From Puccinia triticina (taxonomy: Eukaryota), in assembly GCA_026914245.1 (NCBI GenBank), contig CP110440.1:2542001-2606000 (forward strand): a DNA stretch of 64,000 bases. The letters are read 5' to 3'. Position 1 is the first letter of the stretch. Every line of letters starts with the position of its first letter. The position numbers and the translations under genes are program-made. Below are positions 12,701 to 25,578 of the stretch, one piece after another. A model generated the notes under the pieces. That model was given only the letters and a program-made list of their open reading frames with translations. It was not told the DNA's origin and ran no database searches.

Positions 12701-15149
12701 TGGACGTATGTTGTTTTGTTTATATTGACGATATACTGATTTTTTCTCGAACAGAACAGCAAAATTTTGAAGATTTAAGGAAGATTTTGTCCAAATTAAG
12801 AGAATATTTGTTAAAGGCCTTGTTATCAAAGTGTGAGTTTTTCTGCTCGCGAGTAACATTTTTAGGTTTTGACATTACGGCAGAAGGATTGAAGATGAAC
12901 AGAAAGAAATTGGACACTATTAAGGATTGGCTGTATCCAACTAATTTGAAGGGATTACGCAAGTTTTTAGGTTTTACAAATTTCTACAGGAAGTTTATTC
13001 CAAACTTTTCCCGAGTCGCAGGACCTCTTACAACGTTGACACAAGTGAAGGTGGGGGAGAGTGTAGGTTTTAAGACTATTGATTCAGTGAAAGCTTTCGA
13101 AAATCTAAAAGCCTTGTTTATGGATGAGCCATTGCTTTGACATTTTGATTTTGATAAGTTGCGTGTAGTACATTGTGATGCCTCAGGTTTTGCCATCGCT
13201 GCGGTTTTGAGTCAACAGGATGCAAATGGAAATGTATTTCCGGTCAGTTATTTTTCTAGAAAGCTGACTGACAGAGAGAGATCTTGGCCGATTTTTGACA
13301 TAGAGTTGCTGGCGATTGTGGCGGCGTTTGAAGACTGGAGGGCTTGGTTGATGGGTACGGTGGAACCAGTGCAAGTATTTTCAGATCATTCAAATCTTCT
13401 ACATTTCAAAACCGCTAAATATCTTTCGCCGAAGCAAGTGCATTGGGCGGGTTTTTTGGGTGGGTTCAATATTTTGATTTATCATATTGCAGGCGCGAAG
13501 AATCCGGCTGATGGGCCCAGTCAACGTGAGGATTTTGTAGGATCGCGGTCAGCTATTCTGGAGTCTGATACAATTTCAAAGAAGTTAGTATTGTGTCAAG
13601 AGATGGACTTGGATGATGAAGGGTCAAAGGTAGGGTTTCATGGTATTCATGATATGGGTTTTCAACGCCCAAATCAACAATTGTTTGACTATTTTGAGAA
13701 ATATTATACTGAGGAAGATTTAAGTTTAAAAGGGGTTTTGGTTGTAGACGGAGTAGTTTGGTATTACGATTGAATCTTGGTTCCATCACCTTTACGTGTC
13801 AGAATATTAGGTATGTATCACGACGCACCAACTGTGGGCCATCCAGGAATAGCGCGGATGCTGTCCATTCTTACGCAAACTTTTGCTTGGCCACGGGTCA
13901 AGGCGTCAGTTATTGACTACCTTAAATCTTGTGATTCTTGTCAGAGGGTGAAGGCTCGGCGGCAAGCGGGGGACGGAAATCTCGTGTCATTGGTGGCAGA
14001 CGCAAAACCTTGGAGTATGATTGGTATGGACATGATTACTAAATTGCCTCTTTCAGGAGGTTTTGATTCTATATTAGTGGTAATTGATTTGTTGAGTAAA
14101 TTGACACATTTTATTCCATGTAAGGAGGCTTCCTCTTTGGCGGTGTTAGCAGCTTTGTTTCGGAAGAATATTTTCAGGTTACATGTTTTACCAGAGCGTA
14201 TTTTGTTGGATAGGGGTGCTACATTCGTGAGTGAATTTTGGAAATCTTTGATTACTTCGTTGAATATTAGGAGTGCGTTGTCCACGGCTTATCATCCGCA
14301 ATCGGACGGTCAAACTGAAAGAATGAATCAAGTGTTGGAAGACTACTTGCGCCACTACTGTTCCTATTATCAGGATAATTGGGATAAAGCGTTAGATATG
14401 GCTGAATTTGCCATAAATAATTTGGATTCGGCAAGTTTGAAAGTTTCTACATTCTTTTTCACTTATGGTCATCATCCCAAGTTTAACATCTTGACCGAGT
14501 CTCGAGGTCGCAAGGATTTAGACAATTTTATTACAGATTTGCAAGAAACGCAGGAGACGGCAATGGAATGTTTGGATCTGGGAGAAAAAAACAGGCAAAG
14601 TATTACAATCTAAAGCGGAAGCCGGCGCCGGTATACAAGAAGGGTGAATGGGTATTGTTGTTAAGAAAGTTCATAAAGACTCGACGATTGAATTCCAAAT
14701 TGGATTACCGCTATATCGGACCTTTTCAAGTAGAGAAGATGGTCGGAACTAATGCGGTTGAGTTGGATATACAGAAGGAGTATCCGAAATTGCATCCGGT
14801 ATTTAACGTTTCATTGATAGTTAAATATTTTGGTCCAAATAGTTTATTGAATAGGGTTTTGACTGAAGGCATTAAGGATAAATAATATACTGATGATCAA
14901 GTTGTAGATTGGAGTGCTATGAAGACGATTTTGGATGCGCGAGAATTTAGGAAAGGTAAGTATGAGTACTTGGTTTCTTGGAAGAACACGACGCCAGGAG
15001 AGGATACTTGGATTACTGAATCTCATATTCCAGAGCGGCTGAGATCTTTAGTTGAAAAGTTTTGTGAATCTCATGGCGATTTATTTGGGTTAGGTAAAAG
15101 AAAGAAGGGTAAAGTTGCTGCCAAAGGTTTGCAAGAGTTACGAGTATAA
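9757..15149 (+). pseudogene. gag-pol polyprotein with in-frame stops and a frameshift
   Basis: Gag (LRQGSRPI, PMDLD), protease LVDSGA, RT (CVDYR, KIDL, YIDD), RNase H (HCDASG, FSDH), integrase (H..GHPG..CDSC, MDMI, QSDGQTER, YIGPF, LHPVF), chromodomain (EYLVSWK...DTW). In-frame TGA stops at ~10810, 11182, 13138 and 13771; frameshift near 14580. Confidence 0.95.
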
Positions 15150-15162
15150 GGTCAGTCTTATT

Positions 15163-15559
15163 TGTAACGACTGACTTATTTTATCGTTGTTATTGGGATT
15201 ATGTTAATAGAAGTTTAGGTAAGTGATAAGAATGATGTCATTTTGATTGTTGAGTCATGCGCTTTTGTTTCCGGTAAAGTGTCATTAATAATTATAAGTC
15301 TTTTATATTGAATTAATACTCAGTTGGTTTGTAAACATGATTTCGGATTTGTTGTTATATTCTGGTTGCGTTCTTTCTCTTGTTCCTCTTTCCTCTTTTC
15401 CTTATCTCAATATTCTTGTCCTTTACATTATTATCAATAAAATCCCTTATTGTATAAAGGCTATTCTCATTAGAGTTTCTACAAGAATAACCTTTCCATC
15501 TCTCACTTATGCTAGGCTATCTTGCCGATTGAGATAAGTTGAGTAGGTTGGCCTTCACA
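15163..15559 (+). repeat. 3' LTR of the chromovirus
   Basis: Copy of 9156-9552 followed by TSD CTATT. Confidence 0.97.
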
Positions 15560-16366
15560 CTATTGGCCTGGGTCAAATGGCAGTAAAAAACCCCAGAGTA
15601 GCAAGTGTTGAGTTTGCGGTATGAAATTTGCAATAATAATTCTATTTTCTATCTGTTTGAGCAAAGGCTACCAGACAGGGCTATGGTTGTATATATGATG
15701 AGATCAAGATAAAAGTGGATGTGTGTGAGTGAGAGCAAGTGTGAGAGTGTGAGTGCGAGTGTGAGTGTGAATGAATGTGAACAAGAGGGGCAAAGAGAGC
15801 CCAGTATTTATAGTAAACAAATGTTGCTGAGAGATTGATTCTCAGCGTACTTTCTCAATGAAAAGTCATTGTCAAAAGTATGGGAGAGAAAAGTACCTAT
15901 ACTTTTCTCCTCCTTGCAGGAATGCTCCAGTCCTCTGGAGCATTTATTTTCTTATTACTTTCTGCACTGTGATAAGCAGCTGCAGCAGGAAGCTGAGCAT
16001 AATTGGCAGCAGAGAGCTGAGCATACTTGGCAGCATGGGTCTCAGCAGTTAGAGCACTGCTGACCATGTTCCCTTCTACAGGGATTACACCTTCAACAGC
16101 AAGCCCTGCAGGGTCTACAATAGTATTGGGTTAACCCTGCCTTTGTAGATGAAACAAGCATCTCAAAGCGTTCCTTGAAGCCATCCATCCTTGCAATGTG
16201 ATCTTGATCAGGGAAGGTACCACTTATAATTTCCTCAAATGCAAATCACATAAATCAGTGCTTTATTCAGTGCGTTTTTTCCCAGCCCGTTGTTTCCTCT
16301 CTCTACTTGACCATTCCTTAAATTACGCACCATGCCGCTATGCCCCAAGTGTAACCACTGGTCTGA

Positions 16367-17332
16367 TGTCAGCCTTAGAGTCAGCGCAGCTGACCTAATG
16401 TCTGCCTTTGTCATTATTTCTACCTCAACTCTCTTATATCTTTTTAAGTTTAAGGTTTAACCTTGTTTTGACTTCAGATTCTGTTTTCCCATGCAATTTC
16501 AACCCTAGTGTCCACTGGCCACTTTCCAACAGCTCAACTCCTTCATAGAGTTCCTTGTTTGTGATGAGCATGCGCAGCAGCGCCCTGTAGGCGCAACAGA
16601 GCTCTCCAACCACATGTACATATGTGATTATGTCAGCCAACCTTGAAAATTTTCGAAGTCAGGATCCCCCATGCAGCTGGAGGATACACAGACTTCAGCA
16701 CACCAGAACCACCACCCAGATAACCCCAGGATCACCACCAAAGAGCCTACTCTACTCCCAGTATACCTACCGTCACAGGCGCCTAGGATATTGACAGTAA
16801 GTAACCTCTTTCACTGAACCTTGATTATCTCAGAGGTACAACTCTGTGTCTTGCTTGATCTGCCTTTTCTTCTTGCTTTGCTTCCTCCTTGATCACAGGG
16901 CTGTCCCTCCAAATCTATAGGCCTTTGCCTCCATCTTGATCACAGGGCTGTCCCTTCTTATCATCAGGCCTTTGCCTCAAAATCTAGGTTCAGGGCTGTC
17001 CCTCAGGTTTCCCTTTAAGAACCTTGACTGTCCAGAGAGAAGTCTAAAAAACTGTGGCTGGATTAAGACTTATCTAATCCAGATACCCTCCTGAGAGGAA
17101 GCTGTAGCACTTTTTGCACAGATTAGCAGCACTCTTCTGAAGAGTAGCATTGCCAGTGGACGTGCATTCCCACTAGAATAACCTAGTACTTCTCTTCCTT
17201 CTTATCCTGCTTGGTTTCTCTCTCTCTTTCTCTTTTTTTTCTTTTATAGTTGTAATTTCTTTATCCCAAGAAATCCAACTATTGCCCCCCATTTCTTGTG
17301 TCCTACTGTCACTATAGAGACTCAGGCTCACA
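16367..17332 (+). repeat. 5' LTR (966 bp)
   Basis: tgtcagccttagag...gactcaggctcaca. Confidence 0.95.
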
Positions 17333-20300
17333 ATTGGGGGCCTCATCGGGAAAATTACTCACCTTTTCATAATTCTAGACTGCTTAAAAGCCAAAGGACT
17401 GATCATCCTGATTAAATCAAACAAAAAACTCTTAAAAATTTCGAAAATTCACTAAACAAATCTTTCTACATATCCTACTAATGTCAAAATTCTTCAAAAA
17501 CATCCTAAAATTGATTCTATATTGATAAATTTCCTAACTGAACCCTTGAAAAAAAAAATTTACGCCCTGTGTACTCGTGAAAGTGCAGAATTGCGACTCC
17601 TCCGCACCGCTATTTACCCTTTTGTCGGACTTATTCCCCATTGCATCGTCTATATCTTCGAAACAAGAAGAGATAAAAAAATCTAAATACGCTCGAAAGA
17701 TTCCTCGGCTTCTTATCTGTAATTGCCGATATAGACCGTAAAAAGTTGTCAAACGCCGCAGGACAGCGCAGAGGAAGAAAACATCTGAGCTGATCGATAT
17801 ACCTCCGCTCCTCTACTCCGCCTGATTCCGCAGAACTAGAAGTTCTTCCGCCAGACTCCGCTGAGCTAGAAAATCCCGACGACTTCCGCTCCGCTGCTCC
17901 GCCTGATTCCGAAGATCTAGGACCTGTCTCGCCAGACTCCGCCATGCTTGAAAACTCCAACGACCATCGCATCGGCCTAAAGGAAGAACCTTGATCGATA
18001 ACTTAGAGTTGGATTCCTATTGCTACGTCGACGGACCCGAAACCGAGTAGCCGAAAGAAAAAGAAAGCGGTGCCCGTCCGTTATCCCGAGTGGACTCCAG
18101 CGCATTCCGCGACTCAGCCAAAGAGAGCTTCTAGACGAAAGAAAACAGCAGAGACCGATCAGACTATTGGAATGCAAGGGACCTCTCAGTTCAGCAAAGG
18201 CTCCGCTACCGCCTTAGCCCCGCAGCAGAATAGCAGCTTCGAAGGCTTAGGATCTTTGCTACCGCCGATCTCCTTCGATATGTTGTTCCTCCAGCCTGCC
18301 GCTAGACATGGATGTCACTCTGCCCCTCATCAACTCGAGAGCAACGTCCTTGGTGTTGGTCTCAAACAGATAGAATCCTATCCACCGTCCTATTGATCTG
18401 GAGACGTTGCTCACAGCGCCAAATCTGAACGCGATCGCCCAGCGTCCGTTCATGACTACAAACCTAGCGAACCAAGAACGCCTACGGTCGACGGTGTCAC
18501 CGTCCTTCCTGCTCCTTTCCCCCATTCGGAACCTTCCACCGTCCATTCCGAGCCCAATGCCGGCGCCCATCTCCAGAGCAACGGATCTTGTCCACGACGA
18601 GCCGAGACAACCCAAGACCTACCGCTAATGGCTATTCCCACCTCCCAGCATACATCTTTTCAACGCCGGGCTCAAGAGATAGACTACCCGTTTCATGCCC
18701 AAGCCTACAGCCATGTCCAGCCCCCGCCTCCGTGTACCCAGGAGCGTATGAAAACTCTTAACTAAAGCCTTTAGATGATAATGTGTCTACCGCCGTAGCA
18801 GCCTGTGAGACCCCCGAAGCTTCCACACTGCGATATAGAATCCTGACAGCCCCTCATTCTTATTTCCAACTGTCTGGTGCATACCACTGGGACTCCACTC
18901 TCTTATTTAGATATAGTGCACCAAGTTAAAAATGTGCTGCACCAAACCACTTGGAGAGGTTGGAGAGGATCAGGGAAGAGTTAGAATTTCCCCAGGTACT
19001 CAACAGAGAGGCTCCTCAAGTCGGAGATTATCTCATGAGAGTGACACAAAGAACAGGGAGCAACACCTGGCGCGGTCAGGGAAGGAGAAGAGCTCACCCT
19101 CAATATCATCCCCTAGGAAGAACCTAATAAACTAGGAAGAGTGTGGTGGAATCCCCACCAGCGTCTTCAGACCTTTCGTGAATCTCTTCCGATTCCGCTG
19201 AGCTAGAGCTCCTCGACCAAAGCAGCCTTGAGCGGCCAAAAGAAGGAAATTCTATCAATAAAGACAAGTGGCCTCCTATTGCCACTTCGAAGGTGCCCAG
19301 ATCTTGCCGTCAAAAGAAAAGGGAGGCTATCCCGTTTGTCTACCCGGATTGGAAGCCTGAGGATTCAAAAATTCAGTCTAAGAGACCAGCACAACACTGT
19401 AAAGCACCTATCGCCGACTAAGCAGCCGGAATGGACGAAACCTCTCCGCCGAGCAAAAGCTCCAATACCATCTCTGCCCCGCTGCCAAAGAGCGGCTTCT
19501 ACAGCTTAGAGTCGGCATTGCCTCCAGTCAACAAAGACTTTCCGTGTTTCCCGCAGGAGGAACCTCTCTCGCCGGATATGTGTATTCCACGAGTGCTAAT
19601 TAACTCAAGGGCTACGTCCCCAGTGCTGGAGTAGAACAGATCCGCGCCATTTCCGCGTCCGGTAGATCAGAAGATCTTGAATCTAATGAGCTGCTACCTG
19701 GGTACAGCTCAAGAGGTGCTGTTCTTGTGTCCCTTCATGACCAACAGCCTAGAAAAGGTGCACGCCACAAAGTCTTACTGCTGGATGCGTCACCATCTCT
19801 AGCCCTCCATCCATTTGCTCAGACCCCACGCCTGGAGATATCCTCCGAACCGATGGAGGTCATCCAAGCTTGCAAGCTTTGTCAACCTGTTCAACAAGCT
19901 GCTCAATCTCTCCGTCAGGGCTCGAGAGGCTCAGAACAAAAAATCTCTTAGGCTGCTTCTCTCCCAAGCCGCTACAACTAAACATATGATGATGGAATTA
20001 GTCGGGTGGGACAAGACCCTCAGACTATGTTGAGGATGGGCTCCACCGGACAAGCTTGACAGCCTCAAGTGGTCCTTATACCACTGGACCAACAACACAC
20101 CATTGAGTGCACCGGCGCCAATAGTGCAGACCAATACGAGCTTGCCCTCAGCTCGACACCCCTCCTACCTACCTCAGATGGCTACGCCGACCCGCGAGCC
20201 TACAGCTTTCCAACACCGAGCCTTAGCGCCGGCTTACCAGTGTCATACACATCACCACAACCAGGGAAGCAGCCCTCTGCCGCCGACGCCGCCACCGCAA

Positions 20301-22148
20301 CAGCTTGCGAGACCCTTGCTAGCTTCCATAAAGCAAGGTGGGAACTCAATGATCCAGCACCATCCCTCTCAACCATTTGGAGGATAGCCCCAACAACATC
20401 AACACCACTATCAGTCTATGGAGCCCCCTTACACAATTCGACAGTCCTAACCCCCTCAAGAATGTTCTGCAATTGTACTTAGCTTGGATATTGACAACAT
20501 CTCTAGCCCCTCAACTAGAGAATTTTTGAATAATTTTAATAATGATTTGTCTAAGGATTTTCCCTTGTTATTAGAAGAAAAAATTACAAGTCCCTTTCTC
20601 TGAATTTCTATCAGAATTGTCTACCACTGTTGGAAAATTCCTGATACCTTGCTGGAGTCTTGTGTGAACAAATTCAAAGAAGTATTGAATAGTTCCATTT
20701 TAGACATTTTTAAAGAATAATTCATGCCATCTTTACTTGATAACATCATTTCCTATGTAGGATAAACTGCCAAAGAGAGAACCATTTTGAGTTTTGATGA
20801 ACTGGACCAAATTGAAAAGACACATTGATGAGAAATTAGAAAGTTTGCAAGAACTTATTTTGGTAAATGAGTCTCATGCCTTAGTAACCAGATCAATTCA
20901 CTTCATGCAAAGGAAAACAGTAGATTCAAAAGAATCTAAGAGAATATTGAATGACATCTCTTCCATTGTAAATGCTGTCAATTCTGAATTGGAATCTTTA
21001 TTGGAAACAACTGATAGAGATTAACCTCCTCATTTGAACCATAATAATCCACTCATGAATTTCCAACAAGAACAGCAACTGCACAAGATAATTATGCTCT
21101 TGTTCCTGTTCTTGATCCTGAGAACCATCAGAAGATGAATGAAGTCAATCTTTCAACCATTGAGATGAAAATCCCTCCACAAGGTGAATTCCCTTTGATT
21201 GATCATGGAGTCTGGACCAATGGATCTAGACAGGACTGTAACAAAGTACCCCAAAGAACACTAATTGGGATAAATTCTCTGGTGAACTTCCATATAACCA
21301 TGAGGTTTGGATCAAGAACCCAGAGCTTTTTATGAGAGACTATAAGATGTTAGACAGTATGATAATCAGCTGACTTACCATTCTACTGACTGAAACTGCA
21401 AGGTGGTGCATTGGAATCAGATATCAGTATGGAGATACCAATGATTGAACTAGCAGGCCATATCCCATTAAAGTTGTAGCAATTAATCAAAATCTTTAGG
21501 AAAAGCTGACAACCTGAACGAAAAAAGGGAGAATATGTTGTCTGCAATGATGCAAATTATTGACTTGGCAATAATGATTATACAATATTTGAGCAAACTA
21601 AGAGAAGCTGCTGTATTCTTTCAGGTGATCATTAGATAATTTCTAGTTTATATTCATTGATGGAAACCAATCAGAGTCCCCCTAACCTGAGTAAAAACAA
21701 TCCCTTGCTTCATTTGCAATAAGAAACAAAAAATGAGAAAGACTGAAGAGACTGAAGAGAAAGAAAATATTCCTGTGCAGCCAATTGTTAAGAAAGTTCA
21801 ACTGCCAGTTCTTCAATCAAGTTACTAACCTCTCCAGAGACTTTCCTGAAGAAAGGAACATGAAAATCAATGTTTAAATCAATCCTCATTATGATTTGAC
21901 ATGTAAAAAAAAAAAAGGATATAAAATCAATGAGACCCCTGAAAACAAATATTGAGCTGATTTAAATTAAAGAAGGAAACACCCACTGGGTGAATACTAT
22001 GTAGCAGGATGGTACTTCAGATCCCCTGATTGATTTTGATCTAGAAATAGCTAATTATCCAAATTACTCTTGACCCCAATCTGAGTGAACTAACCCATCA
22101 GTTTTTTGGTTTAATTTGAAAAATCAAACCACTTTTGGTGGTAGGGAA

Positions 22149-23114
22149 TGTCAGCCTTAGAGTCAGCGCAGCTGACCTAATGTCTGCCTTTGTCATTATT
22201 TCTACCTCAACTCTCTTATATCTTTTTAAGTTTAAGGTTTAACCTTGTTTTGACTTCAGATTCTGTTTTCCCATGCAATTTCAACCCTAGTGTCCACTGG
22301 CCACTTTCCAACAGCTCAACTCCTTCATAGAGTTCCTTGTTTGTGATGAGCATGCGCAGCAGCGCCCTGTAGGCGCAACAGAGCTCTCCAACCACATGTA
22401 CATATGTGATTATGTCAGCCAACCTTGAAAATTTTCGAAGTCAGGATCCCCCATGCAGCTGGAGGATACACAGACTTCAGCACACCAGAACCACCACCCA
22501 GATAACCCCAGGATCACCACCAAAGAGCCTACTCTACTCCCAGTATACCTACCGTCACAGGCGCCTAGGATATTGACAGTAAGTAACCTCTTTCACTGAA
22601 CCTTGATTATCTCAGAGGTACAACTCTGTGTCTTGCTTGATCTGCCTTTTCTTCTTGCTTTGCTTCCTCCTTGATCACAGGGCTGTCCCTCCAAATCTAT
22701 AGGCCTTTGCCTCCATCTTGATCACAGGGCTGTCCCTTCTTATCATCAGGCCTTTGCCTCAAAATCTAGGTTCAGGGCTGTCCCTCAGGTTTCCCTTTAA
22801 GAACCTTGACTGTCCAGAGAGAAGTCTAAAAAACTGTGGCTGGATTAAGACTTATCTAATCCAGATACCCTCCTGAGAGGAAGCTGTAGCACTTTTTGCA
22901 CAGATTAGCAGCACTCTTCTGAAGAGTAGCATTGCCAGTGGACGTGCATTCCCACTAGAATAACCTAGTACTTCTCTTCCTTCTTATCCTGCTTGGTTTC
23001 TCTCTCTCTTTCTCTTTTTTTTCTTTTATAGTTGTAATTTCTTTATCCCAAGAAATCCAACTATTGCCCCCCATTTCTTGTGTCCTACTGTCACTATAGA
23101 GACTCAGGCTCACA
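22149..23114 (+). repeat. 3' LTR (966 bp)
   Basis: Direct copy of 16367-17332. Confidence 0.95.
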
Positions 23115-25578
23115 TCTGAAGATGTTCTGGTTGGTGACATGTGCTATAACTGCCTCAAATTCCTAGGTGTCAATGTCGACAAGATGGCACATTTTTTTAC
23201 CGCCTCAGCCTCATCATCTGCACCATCCACTTCTGCAAATAATTTACCAAGCACCCTTACACCCCATTTGGCCCAATATAGTCATCGAAAAATCACTACT
23301 GCTCCTTCTCAATACATTTCTCAACCTGGTCAAAATAGTTTAAACGTCCTCAAACCTCCCACCACTTCCCGTTCTGCATTACATAGTAAACCCCCTCTGA
23401 CTGTGCATGACCCTCCTGTTGATTCTGGTTCAATGGCCCATTTCCGTAGGATTGTAAAAGAAAAGTGGGTGAAGCCTTCAAACTATGGGGGAAGCTCAAA
23501 AAGAGCTAAACCAAGCACCACCATACCCACCCCTCCAACAGCTAGTTCAATCAAACACCGTGATTTTGGATTCCTCCTTTATGAATCTGACATGCTTGTG
23601 AAAAATACTGGCATTCATCAAATCAAACAACCTTACAACTTAGATAACCCCAACCTTTATAATGATCTTTGTACAACCCTCTGGGCCATTTTTTCACCAC
23701 AAATCTTGACTAAAACCCATATAACATCACTTCCAACCAACCCAGAAGACTTCCTCTGCCTCAGCGATGGTGAATCTCGGATCCCAGACCAAGATACTCT
23801 TCTTGGTGTGCTGAAAGAAGCCAAAGGACGCAAAGTCGCCCACATCAACCTCACTTATGACCATCCATTTACTGGGGATGATTCCAACTCCGATCCCAAC
23901 TCTGCTTCCCCCAAGAGATATCCAACTCGAGCTTCCACAGCAGCGGCCATTTCAACCCAAAGGACCATGGCCTGTAATCATGACAAGCGTAAAAAGAAGG
24001 CAGAACCATGGGCCCTTGGCCCATTAGCTGGTAAAACACCAATTCACATTGTTTCCACTATCCTCTGTTTTAAAAATCAAGCTAATACATCAATAATTTG
24101 CAATTATATTAGGAACTATCATTGCTCGAGGAAACAAAAGTCTTGCCAGCAAAATTGCCTTGTTAAGCAAACCTTTGCCAGCCTACTTGAATATCAACCG
24201 CGATGGCTGGGTCATTGCGCAGAGGCTCATCTTTGATGGTATTGAAACCACCGACACCCATACCGAACCCATTGTCATCAAGGTCAATCAAGAAGAAGTG
24301 ATTGGGACAGGAGGAATGCGGACGACATATGCAGCTCAAGTCAAAACCAACACTGATGGTGTTGAAACTATTACCGATTACGTTGCCAAGGTCATGAAAA
24401 ACAAGGATCACCAAGACCTCAATCTCCATGCAACGGATGCCCGAATGTACGAAGCATGTGCGCTTCTTCTTGAAGAGTATCGATCTGTAGTTCAGGCGTG
24501 CCGGGGCCTTCCAATGAGCACCAAGACAAAAGCAAAGCAAATGCAGGTGTGTGTCTCTCCATTTTTTTCTTGGCTTCACCAAACACTAACACTGGGAATA
24601 TGTCTTACTCACCAGATTATCCGCCACTCAGTGGTCTTTACTGGTGATAAGTATTGTCCAGCAGATATATACTTTTTTGAAAAACGCTTGACTGGCACCT
24701 ATGTTAAATATTCGAGCAACATTGACTTCAATGTCCCCGTCAATCAACCTGGGATGGATCCAAAACTCCTTCAGCTCATGGATGCTTTTACGCACTGGAC
24801 ATACAATACTTCGAAGGGAAAGAACTTGGTTGCAGACCTGCAGGGGGTTGGTCCACTTATCACCGACCCACAAATCCTTGACTTGGATGAAAAGTGAGTA
24901 CCAATTATAATTTTGGAGTATGTTACTTACACTGACACCAAAAAAATAGCCTTTGGACTTTGGGAAATAATTCTACAGATGGAATCCAGGCGTTCACTGA
25001 AGCTCACATCTGTAATGAAGTGTGCAGAGCTATAGGCCTTCCAGAAGTTGGTGAATTAGCATGGGAGAACAATCAAACCCGGAATCAACAACGAAGTCCC
25101 AATGAACAATCACAATCTTCCAGCCATGCGAACCGGCCTACCAGAGCACCCCATGCCAGCAGTTCTTTGTCGCACTTGCTTATTAGTTCTGATGATGAGG
25201 GCGTGCTCCCAGATCCAAACACATTATTTGGAACTCGTTCATCCTTCAAGAGCCCACGAAACACCAGCAATTAGCACAAAACCTAGGTTGAATGATATTT
25301 TCTTTGAACTTTTTTGCCCGTCTCCATGTGACACTTAATGTCTTTCTCTCCAGCTTCTGATACACATCCTTTTCCCAATCCGACCTCACATCCAAACAGC
25401 CATTATCTTACTTGACCTCCTCACAATGTTTCCCACTTTACTCTCAAAAACAATCAGTACGTTCTCTAAACCATACTGAATAATATTCCTGTGCTACTCT
25501 TGCTTGGGTTGGCTACAGCTGTTACATTCCCTGGTGCGCTAGGTGGACGTTTGAGATAGAATCTGATTAACAAGAGGG

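Larger units (their letters stand above)
9156..15559 (+). mobile_element. Full-length Ty3/Gypsy chromovirus LTR retrotransposon, inactivated
   Basis: 397-bp LTRs at 9156-9552 and 15163-15559 (TG...CA); 5-bp TSD CTATT at 9151-9155 and 15560-15564; gag-PR-RT-RNaseH-IN-chromodomain order. Confidence 0.97.
16367..23114 (+). mobile_element. Non-autonomous (LARD-like) LTR retrotransposon
   Basis: 966-bp LTRs at 16367-17332 and 22149-23114, identical by eye; TSD TCTGA at 16362-16366 and 23115-23119; PBS-like tgggggcctcatc (tRNA-Pro-like) after the 5' LTR; PPT-like ggtggtagggaa before the 3' LTR. No RT or integrase motifs; only a decayed gag-like stretch (~20500-21400, FSGELPYNH). Confidence 0.93.
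16332..25274 (+). pseudogene. Alpha-kinase (eEF2K/MHCK-type) gene interrupted in exon 1 by an LTR element
   Basis: Removing the insertion and one TSD joins ATG 16332 (MPLCPKCNHWS) to EDVLVGDMCYNCLKF (23120 onward). Later exons (~24112-24546, 24616-24893, 24950-25274) give GTGGMRTTY, VAK, FFEKRLTGTYVKYSSN, AFTHWTY, LVADLQGV...TDPQI and GN...F..HICNEVC, the alpha-kinase signatures. Confidence 0.9.
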
